A stretch of DNA of 64,000 nucleotides from Candidatus Poribacteria bacterium (GTDB lineage Bacteria; Poribacteria; WGA-4E; WGA-3G), in NCBI GenBank assembly GCA_965197475.1, contig CBDANF010000003.1:2464001-2528000 (forward strand), given 5' to 3'. The notes under the pieces were generated by a model. That model saw only the letters and a list, made by a program, of their open reading frames with translations, did no database searches and was not told where the DNA came from. Shown here piece by piece: positions 51,916 through 60,905 of this stretch (position 1 is its first letter; every line of letters begins with the position of its first letter). Made by a program: the position numbers and the translations under genes.

Positions 51916-52660
51916 ATGGATGGTGATGCACTGCATCGTTGGTTTTTAGAGACAGGCAGCGAAGAAGCATTAAATTTGCTTATGCAGAAGTACTATAAAC
52001 CAATTTACGATCACGTTTTCGCGATCTTGAGAAATCATCACGATGCCGATGAAATCACGAATGAAACCTTCCGAAAAGCCTTCAAAGAGAGGGAAAAGAT
52101 CCAGTATCCTGATAAACTTGTCGGATGGTTATATACCACCGCGAAACATGCGGCGATTGACCGCTTAAGAGCCAGGCAGCGAGAAGTCAACCGTATGCCA
52201 GAATTAGTCTCTCTTGATAATTTGGATGGTGAAAGAAAAGCTGCAGCTGCGTCAATACTTGCGGCACTGCAAGCAGAACAGACTGAGACGGACCAATATC
52301 TGTTGACAGGTCTCCTGCGACTTCTCTCTGAAAAGGATCGTGAGGTTGTCCAATACCTATTAGATGACCTAAAGCCGAAGCAGATCGCTGAAGCGATAGG
52401 TTCCACAGCCGAGGCAGTTCAGAAAAGGTGGGAACGGATACTCAAGTGGTTACGCCCGATTGCTCATCAGTTAGACGAACTGCTTGATAATCTTCCATCT
52501 CAAGAACAGAAGGTTATGGAACGGTATTTAGACAATCAACCTCTTGAATATAATAGGTGAAAAATTAGGTATCTCCCCGACTGATATTGAAGTATGTGTG
52601 AAACGTGTAGTAAAGCAGTGGAAAGAATTACTAAATAAAACGCCACGAAACGGAGGATAA
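51916..52660 (+). pseudogene. ECF sigma factor with a second region-4-like HTH, frameshifted near 52551
   Basis: Region 2 (DADEIT.ETF, WLY..AK...ID), region 4 (LSEKDRE..IAEAIG); shifted frame continues IGEKLGISPTDIE..VKR. Confidence 0.75.
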
Positions 52661-52661
52661 T

Positions 52662-53447
52662 ATGCTTCGCGACATCTGGACAAATAAATGGTTTATCGGT
52701 GGCTTCGGTTTTCTGATTGTTTTCGCGGTGCTGTGCCACTTCTGGTACCAACACGATATAGCATCATTCCAAAAACAGCTATCGGTTAATGATGATATTA
52801 TCCTTCAAGTGTCTCAAAAGGCACAGAAAGCGTCTCAAAAGGCACAGAACCCTGACAAAACAATGGAACAGGCAGATGTCCTGTTGGAAGAATCCTTTGA
52901 ATTCGTGGAAAATATGTCTGAATCTGTTTGGGATACGTCGGTTCCCACAGAGGAGACAACAGAAAAAACCGACACGTTTGCGGAAAACACAGACTTAACT
53001 ACGGATGCTCGGACCTCTCCCTTTGGATTTGGTCCGTACCCTGAAGTTCCCACCGATTTTCCGTTTAGGGAACAACTTTGGGATAACGTCACGCCAGAGC
53101 ATGAGTTGTTAGACCGGGTTCGTGTTAAGTTATGGAAACAGGGCACACAAACTACAGGTGCCATGTTTGATAGTAGTAATGGTCTCATTTATCTATCTAT
53201 TCCTGGTGTCCTTTACGTGCAATGGCATTACGTTGAAGAAGGACCTCCTGAGTACGTAGGGCGACGGTATGCCACACGAGTCATGGGTAACCCAGATACT
53301 ACTGAAAAGTGGAAATCTTCATACCTAACTGATTATATGTTTGAACGCACAGACGTAAACAATAACGTTGAGGCATCAGATATAATGGTTTATGAATACC
53401 CAGATAGGGGTATAGACCCCTACAAATTCCTCGATTTACCGAGGTAA
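52662..53447 (+). CDS. Membrane-anchored hypothetical protein (SPFGFGPYPEVP.DFP motif)
   Basis: N-terminal TM, low-complexity linker, GGAGGA RBS. Confidence 0.75.
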   Translation: MLRDIWTNKWFIGGFGFLIVFAVLCHFWYQHDIASFQKQLSVNDDIILQVSQKAQKASQKAQNPDKTMEQADVLLEESFEFVENMSESVWDTSVPTEETTEKTDTFAENTDLTTDARTSPFGFGPYPEVPTDFPFREQLWDNVTPEHELLDRVRVKLWKQGTQTTGAMFDSSNGLIYLSIPGVLYVQWHYVEEGPPEYVGRRYATRVMGNPDTTEKWKSSYLTDYMFERTDVNNNVEASDIMVYEYPDRGIDPYKFLDLPR

Positions 53448-53457
53448 GGAGAATATA

Positions 53458-54633
53458 ATGAAACTGAATCGTGTTCTTTTACTAATTTTCTTTTCATGCA
53501 CAATCCTTTTCGTTGGTGTGGTTAGTGATATTTCAGCAGCTTCGGATTCTGACGTTCCCTATGAGGCTATCGCAGAAGCCGAACGTTTTGATAATAACAG
53601 TCCAATTCTGCAAAACGGATCTCCTATCAATATGTTGGTGGATTTCCCATTAGTACATGTCCGTTTGCATGCGCGTGCTTTATGTAGTTCTCCTGATGGA
53701 AGAAACGGTGCTTACTCACTAGTGTATACAGTACCCAATGTAAATTGGATACTTATGCAGAGTCATTTTCATAAGCCTGGTCATCTAATCCATGGGAAGT
53801 TTGATTATGACAGAACCATACTACGTTTTTACGAACACAACCCAGCCTTCGTTGTCGCAGCTGCTTATGGAAATACTGGTGGAACTGTATCTGGAAGCCA
53901 ACCTACCAGCAGATCTCATTCAGCGGCTATTGGTGATGGGGTGCCAGCGTGGGTCCCTCCTCCTCCTTCAACCATCATCACCCAACCAGATCCCGATCCA
54001 TCCGATCCTGACAGTGACACAGATAGTGATGGTCCGTGTCAGTCGCCTGGGTTATATCCTGTCAATGGTTTGTATACCGCTACGGCAGGAGAGACAAAGG
54101 AGTCTTGCCTTGTGGCCCCCGATCCCTATTACGCTGTGGCTTTGTACGTAAAGAATCCTGGAGATACAAGTCAATACGGAACACGTGTAACTGAAATAAA
54201 CGGTGATTGTATCACCTCAACGGCAACACTGAGTTACACTTTTCCCAGCAATGCCTCTGGCGATTATCTTATCACTGCCGTTGTGGACCCGTGTGGGCAT
54301 GGTCACTATGAATACAGTTACACCGTGTCCGTCACACTCCCACCCGGCATATATCCGACCGATACAGGACCAGCGGGTGCTACTCCTGGTACGCCTTACG
54401 AGTTAAAAGTTATCACCGATGAAAGTTACTACTGGATCAACTGGTATGTAAAGCGGGCAGATGAAGCAGGACTTGGAACTAAGGTAGAATCCAACTCCGG
54501 TGGCACTTCCACCGAGGCGACAATGAGTCATACCTATAATGTTATAGGCGACTATGTCATAACAGCAGTTATTTGGCGCGGTTCAGATATGTCACGTTAT
54601 GAGGAAACCTATAATCTTAGGTGTGATTCTTAA
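53458..54633 (+). CDS. Secreted protein with Pro/Asp linker and two Ig-like repeats
   Basis: Signal peptide; repeated PG.YP...YY....YVK......GT...AT.S.T...GDY.ITAV unit. Confidence 0.75.
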   Translation: MKLNRVLLLIFFSCTILFVGVVSDISAASDSDVPYEAIAEAERFDNNSPILQNGSPINMLVDFPLVHVRLHARALCSSPDGRNGAYSLVYTVPNVNWILMQSHFHKPGHLIHGKFDYDRTILRFYEHNPAFVVAAAYGNTGGTVSGSQPTSRSHSAAIGDGVPAWVPPPPSTIITQPDPDPSDPDSDTDSDGPCQSPGLYPVNGLYTATAGETKESCLVAPDPYYAVALYVKNPGDTSQYGTRVTEINGDCITSTATLSYTFPSNASGDYLITAVVDPCGHGHYEYSYTVSVTLPPGIYPTDTGPAGATPGTPYELKVITDESYYWINWYVKRADEAGLGTKVESNSGGTSTEATMSHTYNVIGDYVITAVIWRGSDMSRYEETYNLRCDS

Positions 54634-54635
54634 AT

Positions 54636-54807
54636 TATGGTGAATTATTGAAATAATTATACACTTTCCCTGTAGGAGCGATCTCCGAATCGCGACTTAA
54701 CTTAATGATAGTTGGGAATCGGAGTTCCCTCCCGCTGAATGCCAAAAAGCGCATTCAGCGTTGATTCACAGAATAATAATGCGTAAATCATTCAATAATC
54801 TACCATA
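54636..54807. mobile_element. MITE (TIR TATGGTGAATTATTGAA / TTCAATAATCTACCATA) enclosing a REP doublet
   Basis: TA-ended inverted repeats; interior similar to 12690-12756. Confidence 0.65.
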
Positions 54808-54947
54808 CATCGGTGAGTTGTATTCACAAATCCAAACAAATCGGTAGGTAAAATCTTTGTTTTACCTACCGTCCCTTTGTAAATATATTGTTCCTAACGA
54901 GCATTGCGTAAAGTATTTTCCTGCTGCCGTAGGCATTATGACATCTT

Positions 54948-55194
54948 ATACCATTTCTATATGATAATAGGACATTATTCCGTCCGTCGGGTAGAAGCGA
55001 TAGCGAAACCCAACATGCACGAGGTGATATAAACTACGTGTCCAAATCAACGCTGAATGCGCTTTTGGCATTCAATCGGGTAGAGTGGACGAAACCCGAC
55101 ACGTATGATTGATGGAGGTTTTCCATGTCGGGTTTCGCTGACGCTCTACCTGACCTACAGTTTATTATGACAATTTGTCAATTAGAAATGGTAT
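54948..55194. mobile_element. MITE with IS630-B ends enclosing REP palindromes
   Basis: ATACCATTTCT/AGAAATGGTAT ends identical to element 17202-18356; inner GGTAGAG..GAAACCCGAC / GTCGGGTTTC..CTCTACC. Confidence 0.75.
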
Positions 55195-55226
55195 TATGAT
55201 GTAATCCGAGATTCAGACAGGACAAT

Positions 55227-55255
55227 TGACATTTAATCCAACACATGGTAGAATA
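55227..55255 (+). promoter_or_regulatory. Sigma70-type promoter for the WD40 pair
   Basis: TTGACA-N17-TAGAAT with extended -10 TG. Confidence 0.65.
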
Positions 55256-55340
55256 AACGCAACATTAAAACGATTTTATATTTGCCCACGGCTTTCTACC
55301 CAGATAAGTGGTGGGAACAGCACAAAAGGAGTACAAACCG

Positions 55341-56627
55341 ATGAAAAACACGTTGTGTTCAATTTTGACAGCACTGTTGATAGTACTCATATTTACACCT
55401 AACAGTTTCACCCAAGATTCACTGCAAGAGGATATAGAGGACTTAATTGAATCAGTACGAAAGGAGTTAGAGGATGCAATACAAGAGAGTTTACGTGATG
55501 ACGAGAAAACGGGCAAGGTCAACAAACTTGTTTATTCTACCGACGATATAAATTTTTCCCACGATGGCAAACGCCTCGCGTTAGCGGGGAACTACGGCAT
55601 TTTGATCTACGACATTCAGAGAAGTCGCAAAAACGTTCAGGTAAGTTACAAACCTATCAAATTGAGGGAACATCAGGGGAGAGGGTGGCGGGTAGCGTTT
55701 AGTCCGGATGGTAAGCTACTCGCAAGTGCAAATGCTACAGGTTTGCTTTATATATGGGATGCGAAAACGGAAAAACTCCTTCGGACAATCGAAGAAGAGC
55801 CAAAATATTCATCTTTCTGGTGTATGGCGTTTAGTCCGGATGGCAGGATGATCGTTACCGGGGGGAATAGGGTTATCACTACGGATCCTTGGAGAAGTGA
55901 GGGCATAGTGCGTTTGTGGGATACACAGACGGGAGAACACATCCGAACACTCACAGGGCATAAGCGTCATGTCCATAGCGTGGCGTTTAGTCCGGACGGC
56001 AGGACTATCGCGACGGGTGGTAGCATAGCTTTCGCTAAGGATGGCAGTACGATAGATGGCGTAGTGCGTTTGTGGGACACACGGATGGGAGAACACATCC
56101 GAACACTCACAGGGCATAGAGGTATTATCAATTCCGTGGCGTTTAGTCCGGACGGAACGCTACTCGCAAGTGGCGGTATTGACAAACCCGTCCGCTTATG
56201 GGATGTGAAAACGGGGCAACAAATCCGAACACTCGGAGAGGGTGGTCCAGGGTATTCTGCGGGTCCGAGAGATCTGGAAGGAGGAGGATTTATAGGTTCT
56301 TTCGGTCCGGTTGATTGCGTAGCGTTTAGTTCAGATGGCAGGACTCTCGCAAGTTCCAATTCTGTAGGTGTTTGGCTATGGGATGTAAAACGGGGACGAC
56401 TCCTCCGAAGATTCAGAGACCAAAACTCAGGCGGTGGTCCTACTGTAGTGGCGTTTAGTCCAGATAGCAGGACTCTCGCAGTCTGTAGAAGTTATGAACT
56501 TGAGCAAATAGTTCCCAAAAGCAATGGCGTTACAATTCCTAAAGAAATAGAACTGTGGGATGCGGAAACGGGAAAACATCTCCATAGGATCAAGTTAGAA
56601 AGGTACAGACTCGAAACTTACCCATGA
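55341..56627 (+). CDS. Secreted WD40-repeat protein
   Basis: Signal peptide, about 7 VAFSPDG...LWD repeats; AAGGAG RBS. Confidence 0.92.
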   Translation: MKNTLCSILTALLIVLIFTPNSFTQDSLQEDIEDLIESVRKELEDAIQESLRDDEKTGKVNKLVYSTDDINFSHDGKRLALAGNYGILIYDIQRSRKNVQVSYKPIKLREHQGRGWRVAFSPDGKLLASANATGLLYIWDAKTEKLLRTIEEEPKYSSFWCMAFSPDGRMIVTGGNRVITTDPWRSEGIVRLWDTQTGEHIRTLTGHKRHVHSVAFSPDGRTIATGGSIAFAKDGSTIDGVVRLWDTRMGEHIRTLTGHRGIINSVAFSPDGTLLASGGIDKPVRLWDVKTGQQIRTLGEGGPGYSAGPRDLEGGGFIGSFGPVDCVAFSSDGRTLASSNSVGVWLWDVKRGRLLRRFRDQNSGGGPTVVAFSPDSRTLAVCRSYELEQIVPKSNGVTIPKEIELWDAETGKHLHRIKLERYRLETYP

Positions 56628-57802
56628 AAAATAGATTGTTTTCAATTTTGATAGCACTGTTGATAGTATTTACATTTACATTTAACAACCTCGCCCAAGA
56701 TTTACTACGAGAGGCATTAGAGAATGCAAAACGAGAGAATTTACGTGATGGCGAGAAAATGCGCAAGAGCGGCAGCAAGCACTACATCAATGATATGAAA
56801 TATTCCCCTGATGGCACACGTCTCGTGATGGCGGGGAGCTTCGGTATTTTGCTCTACGATGTTCAGAGAAGTGGCAAAAATATTCAGAAAGTTGATAACC
56901 CTGTCAAATTGGCAGGACATCAGGAGAGAGGCTGGCGGGTAGCGTTTAGTCCGGATGGCAAGATACTCACAACTCTCGGTGGTATGGGATCTTTTCGTTT
57001 GTGGGATGCGAAAACGGGACAACACATCCGAACACTCAAAAGGGATCCAGGGACATCGAACTCGTGTGTGGTGTTTAGTCCGGGTGGCAGGATGATCGTT
57101 ACCGGGGGGAACAGGTTTGTCACTAAGGATGGTAAGAGAATGGAGGGCATAGTGCGTTTGTGGGACACACACACGGGACAACACATCCGAACACTCATAG
57201 GGCATAAGCGTCATGTCCAGAGCGTGGCGTTTAGTCCGGACAGCAGGACTATCGCGACAGGTGGTACAGGTAGCATAACTGGCGCTAAGGATGGCAGTAC
57301 GATAGATGGCGTAGTGCGTTTGTGGGACACACACACGGGAGAACACATCCGAACACTCACAGGGCATAGAGGTATTATCAATTCCGTGGCGTTTAGTCCG
57401 GACGGAACGCTGCTCGCAAGTGGCGGTTATGACAAACCCGTCCGCTTATGGGATGTGAAAACGGGGCAACAAATCCGAACACTTGAAGAGGGTGGTGGGA
57501 GGTATTCTATGGGGCCGAGGGATCGGGGAGGAACGCGAAGCCCTATGGGTCCGGTCGATTGCGTTGCGTTTAGTCCAGATGGCAGGACTCTCGCAAGTTC
57601 CAATCATTTGGGCGTTCGTCTATGGGATGTGAAGACGGGACGACTCCTCCGAAAATTCAGAGAACGGAACGGTGGTCATGGCATTACTTTGGTAGTGTAT
57701 AGTCCGGATGGTAGGACGATCGCAGCTTGTGCTAGCAATGAAGTCGATCTGTGGGATGCGGAAACGGGACAACTCCTCCAAAGACTCAAAATGCCCGATT
57801 AA
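56624..57802 (+). CDS. Secreted WD40-repeat protein (tandem paralog)
   Basis: ATGA overlap with upstream gene; long near-identical DNA blocks shared with it. Confidence 0.92.
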   Translation: MKNRLFSILIALLIVFTFTFNNLAQDLLREALENAKRENLRDGEKMRKSGSKHYINDMKYSPDGTRLVMAGSFGILLYDVQRSGKNIQKVDNPVKLAGHQERGWRVAFSPDGKILTTLGGMGSFRLWDAKTGQHIRTLKRDPGTSNSCVVFSPGGRMIVTGGNRFVTKDGKRMEGIVRLWDTHTGQHIRTLIGHKRHVQSVAFSPDSRTIATGGTGSITGAKDGSTIDGVVRLWDTHTGEHIRTLTGHRGIINSVAFSPDGTLLASGGYDKPVRLWDVKTGQQIRTLEEGGGRYSMGPRDRGGTRSPMGPVDCVAFSPDGRTLASSNHLGVRLWDVKTGRLLRKFRERNGGHGITLVVYSPDGRTIAACASNEVDLWDAETGQLLQRLKMPD

Positions 57803-58020
57803 CGGATTTATCCTATTTTCCAATCTATAGGCGCGGTTTCTAACCACATCTATGATTGGAATCAAGTTAACTTGGTGTAATACCATATTAACTTGATCTT
57901 TCTCGGTAGGCGTGCTTTGTCCGCGCGCTGTCTGCCCAGAAAAATAAGACTAATCCTGTTAATTTGGTGTAAGTGTTAATTGATGGGAAAGTATACCCGA
58001 AAAACATTAGATAGATTGTA

Positions 58021-60060
58021 ATGCCAAACAGATTTGTCCGTAGCATCGCGTCTCTATTTCTTCTCGGAAGCATTCTGCTGCTTTGCTGTTGGATCCGCGT
58101 TCAAGGCACCGAACGGATCCCGCAAGGGCAATTCACTGAAAATGATGCCTACTTCTACTATTGGCAAGCCACCCTAATTTCAGAACAGGGACATCTACCG
58201 GGGCGCGATATGCACCGGTGGTTGCCGCTCGGTAGAGATTTAGGGCAGACGCTCAATGTTTATCCCTATGCCCTCGCTTATACACACAAAGTCGTCTCCA
58301 CAGTTTTTCCGAACGTCACGCTTTACCACGTTATCCTTTACATGCCTATCTTATGTTTTGGCATTGGACTCGGCGCGCTCTGTCTCTTTCTTTATCACAC
58401 TTACGGACTTCTCTTTTCAAGTATAGTAGGCGTACTTCTGGCGATACTTCCGGGTAGTATAGAGCGCAGCACAGCCGGATTTGGAGACAGAGACGCATGG
58501 TGTCTAATGGTAGGCGTTCTTACTGTCGTAACGTATCTTTTCTCCTTGCAGGTACAAGATAAACGTTTCCGACTTTTGTGGACGATTATCAGCGGTTTTA
58601 TTACCTTCTTAGGAGGCATGAGTTGGGAGGGTTTCGGTGTTTTTCTCAGCGTTATTTTTGTTGTGGAACTCTGGCGTTTTCTCACCAATGAAAAAGAAGA
58701 AGACCTCTTGTACTATCTGTTTTGGATGCTCACCTTTGTGCCGATGCTCTGGCTTGCCTCACCCGCCTATCGCAGTGGTTACGGTTTTTCACAACACATT
58801 GCTGTCTTTGTACTTGTACCGCCAGTGGTAATCCTACTACTCCGCAGCTGCCGACATCTTTTCTTGAACCATACCCCTTTTGCTGAAAAACTCCGTCCAC
58901 ATGGGCGTTCGCTTGCACTCGGCTTAACGCTCTTGAGTCTTACACTTGCAAGTCGGCTATGTTCTGACACAGCTTAGCACGTTCGCGAGTACTACCGTGC
59001 CGTTGAGTGATAACAGCTTGATGCAAGCAATGACAGAGTTGAGATCCCCGCCTTACCGGTATTGGGTCGCTATGGCAGCGTCTTTATTATAGGGAGTCTC
59101 GGTTTCGTTCTCATTCCCCTCCATCTCTGGAAGAAACAAGGATTTCTCTTATCAATACCTATTGCGCTCTTTACAGTCTTTTCCTTTTTCCGGCAACAAG
59201 GTGATAACCTCTGGGGGGAACCCTTTGGTAACGTCCTTTTTGGAATTGCTCTCGCGGGGTGTGTGGTCACCCTCATCGGAATCGCATGGCGGCGCAAGAC
59301 TCAAGCCCCATCAGAACTCGTTTTTATTGCTTTCACTGCATGGTTTATTGTCTGGGTTGCGCTCTCTCGTGATGCGAAACGCTACGACTTTTTCATCGGT
59401 TTAGCCCTCGCCTTCGGGACCGCAGCCTTGATATTATTGATTGCACAGACACTCAGTGAGAGATTGAGAAGTTCTGTATATGTCAGTGACAGATTTCGAA
59501 AAGACTTTGAAGCGAACACACTAAAAACAGGAATCGCCATCATACTCCTCATAACAATAATGTGGCTGCCAACAAAAATCGCACATACGCATCGGACGTT
59601 ATATGCAGCGAAAGAGATGCGAAACCCACTACCCGGAAACAACCGTGTCAATGCAGCATTCCAATGGATGAAAAAATATCTTGTTCCCAAAGCAAAAGAG
59701 ACCCCTATTGTTGCTGCACATTGGGGGTACGGTAGCCAACTCAACGTTCTCGCCGGTGTTAGAACCATCACGGACCAGGATACCTACATACCACATTGGG
59801 TACATCTCTATTACAAGCATGTCCACAACACAACGGCGGAACGGGAAGCACTCAGCTACCTAAAAACACACGGTGCAACGCATATTATGCTCACCGGAAA
59901 AGATCCGAGAAAATCTTTTCTCCGCAGACAGTTAAGCGATGCATTTGTCCCTATTTATCCATTCGCCACAAAATTTGAAAAATCGGGGGTGAAAATATGG
60001 AAGATTCACTATCCGGGTAACATTCAGCCAGATCCGAAATACCGAGTGACCAAGTTTTAA
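58021..60060 (+). pseudogene. STT3/AglB-like oligosaccharyltransferase, two frameshifts (about 58951 and 59065)
   Basis: ENDAYFY, RSTAGFGDRD, many TM segments, AHWGYG..L.....TITD (WWDYG-like); middle segment is read in a third frame. Confidence 0.75.
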
Positions 60061-60085
60061 AATAGACACGTTTAGGTATATATAC

Positions 60086-60700
60086 ATGCTTGCAAACACC
60101 ATAACCTTCAGCCGCCTCTTTTTAACCTTCGTTGTTATTGCTTTGTTTAAACGGCATCCATTCCTAAATATCGCATGCATCACAACAATCGCTATTATCT
60201 TCGTCCTTGATGCTGTTGATGGCATCGTTGCACGTAAACGAAACGAGACATCTGAGTTCGGTGCTGCTTTTGACATAATCGCAGATAGAATTATTGAAAA
60301 CGTCTTCTGGATTTATTTTACAGTGGCAGGCCATATACTTGTGTGGATACCGATCGTTATCATAACAAGAGGTATTTTAACAGACACGCTGCAACGTTAT
60401 AGCACGCCACCAAAAAGCAAGTTTACACACACCCTCATTCGTTCATATATCAGTCGCGGCACTTACGGGGTACTAAAGATGCTTACCTTTCTTTATTTTT
60501 CATGGATGCATCTATATACCTCTGAAAATCCCATCATGAAACAAGTAGGACTCATACTTGCCACTGTTACCGTTGCAATATGCTTAATTAGAAGCATTCC
60601 TATACTTATTGCGGCATGGGAGGACATCAAACCCTCCGAAAGTCCTACAAACACATTCAGCGTTGATTTAGCGAAAAAAAGCGAAACAAAACACCCCTGA
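60086..60700 (+). CDS. CDP-alcohol phosphatidyltransferase family protein
   Basis: ANTIT.SR; DAVDGIVARKRNETSEFGAAFDIIADR signature. Confidence 0.92.
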   Translation: MLANTITFSRLFLTFVVIALFKRHPFLNIACITTIAIIFVLDAVDGIVARKRNETSEFGAAFDIIADRIIENVFWIYFTVAGHILVWIPIVIITRGILTDTLQRYSTPPKSKFTHTLIRSYISRGTYGVLKMLTFLYFSWMHLYTSENPIMKQVGLILATVTVAICLIRSIPILIAAWEDIKPSESPTNTFSVDLAKKSETKHP

Positions 60701-60707
60701 AATTACA

Positions 60708-60905
60708 CTAAATTCCATCAGGGATAACGTTATACTCAAACCAACACCGCGTACCATCGGTTTTTAGCGTAATCGCACCGCGTTGATCCGTTCGTAGCTG
60801 CACACAATTACGTTCCCGATACCGTGCCACCACATCCGCATGCGGGAATTGATACCGATTCCCTTTGCCGAGAGAAAAGATAGCATAACGCGGCTGCACA
60901 GCATC
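60708..60905 (-). pseudogene. 3' remnant of a ComEC/Rec2-like metallo-beta-lactamase domain
   Basis: DAVQPRYAIFSLGKGNRYQFPH..V..RY......RTD..GAITLKTDG. Confidence 0.75.

Noticed and set aside
55840-57500. DGR template/variable repeat pair in the WD40 genes
   Set aside because: Differences are not adenine-specific, both copies are coding, and there is no reverse transcriptase.
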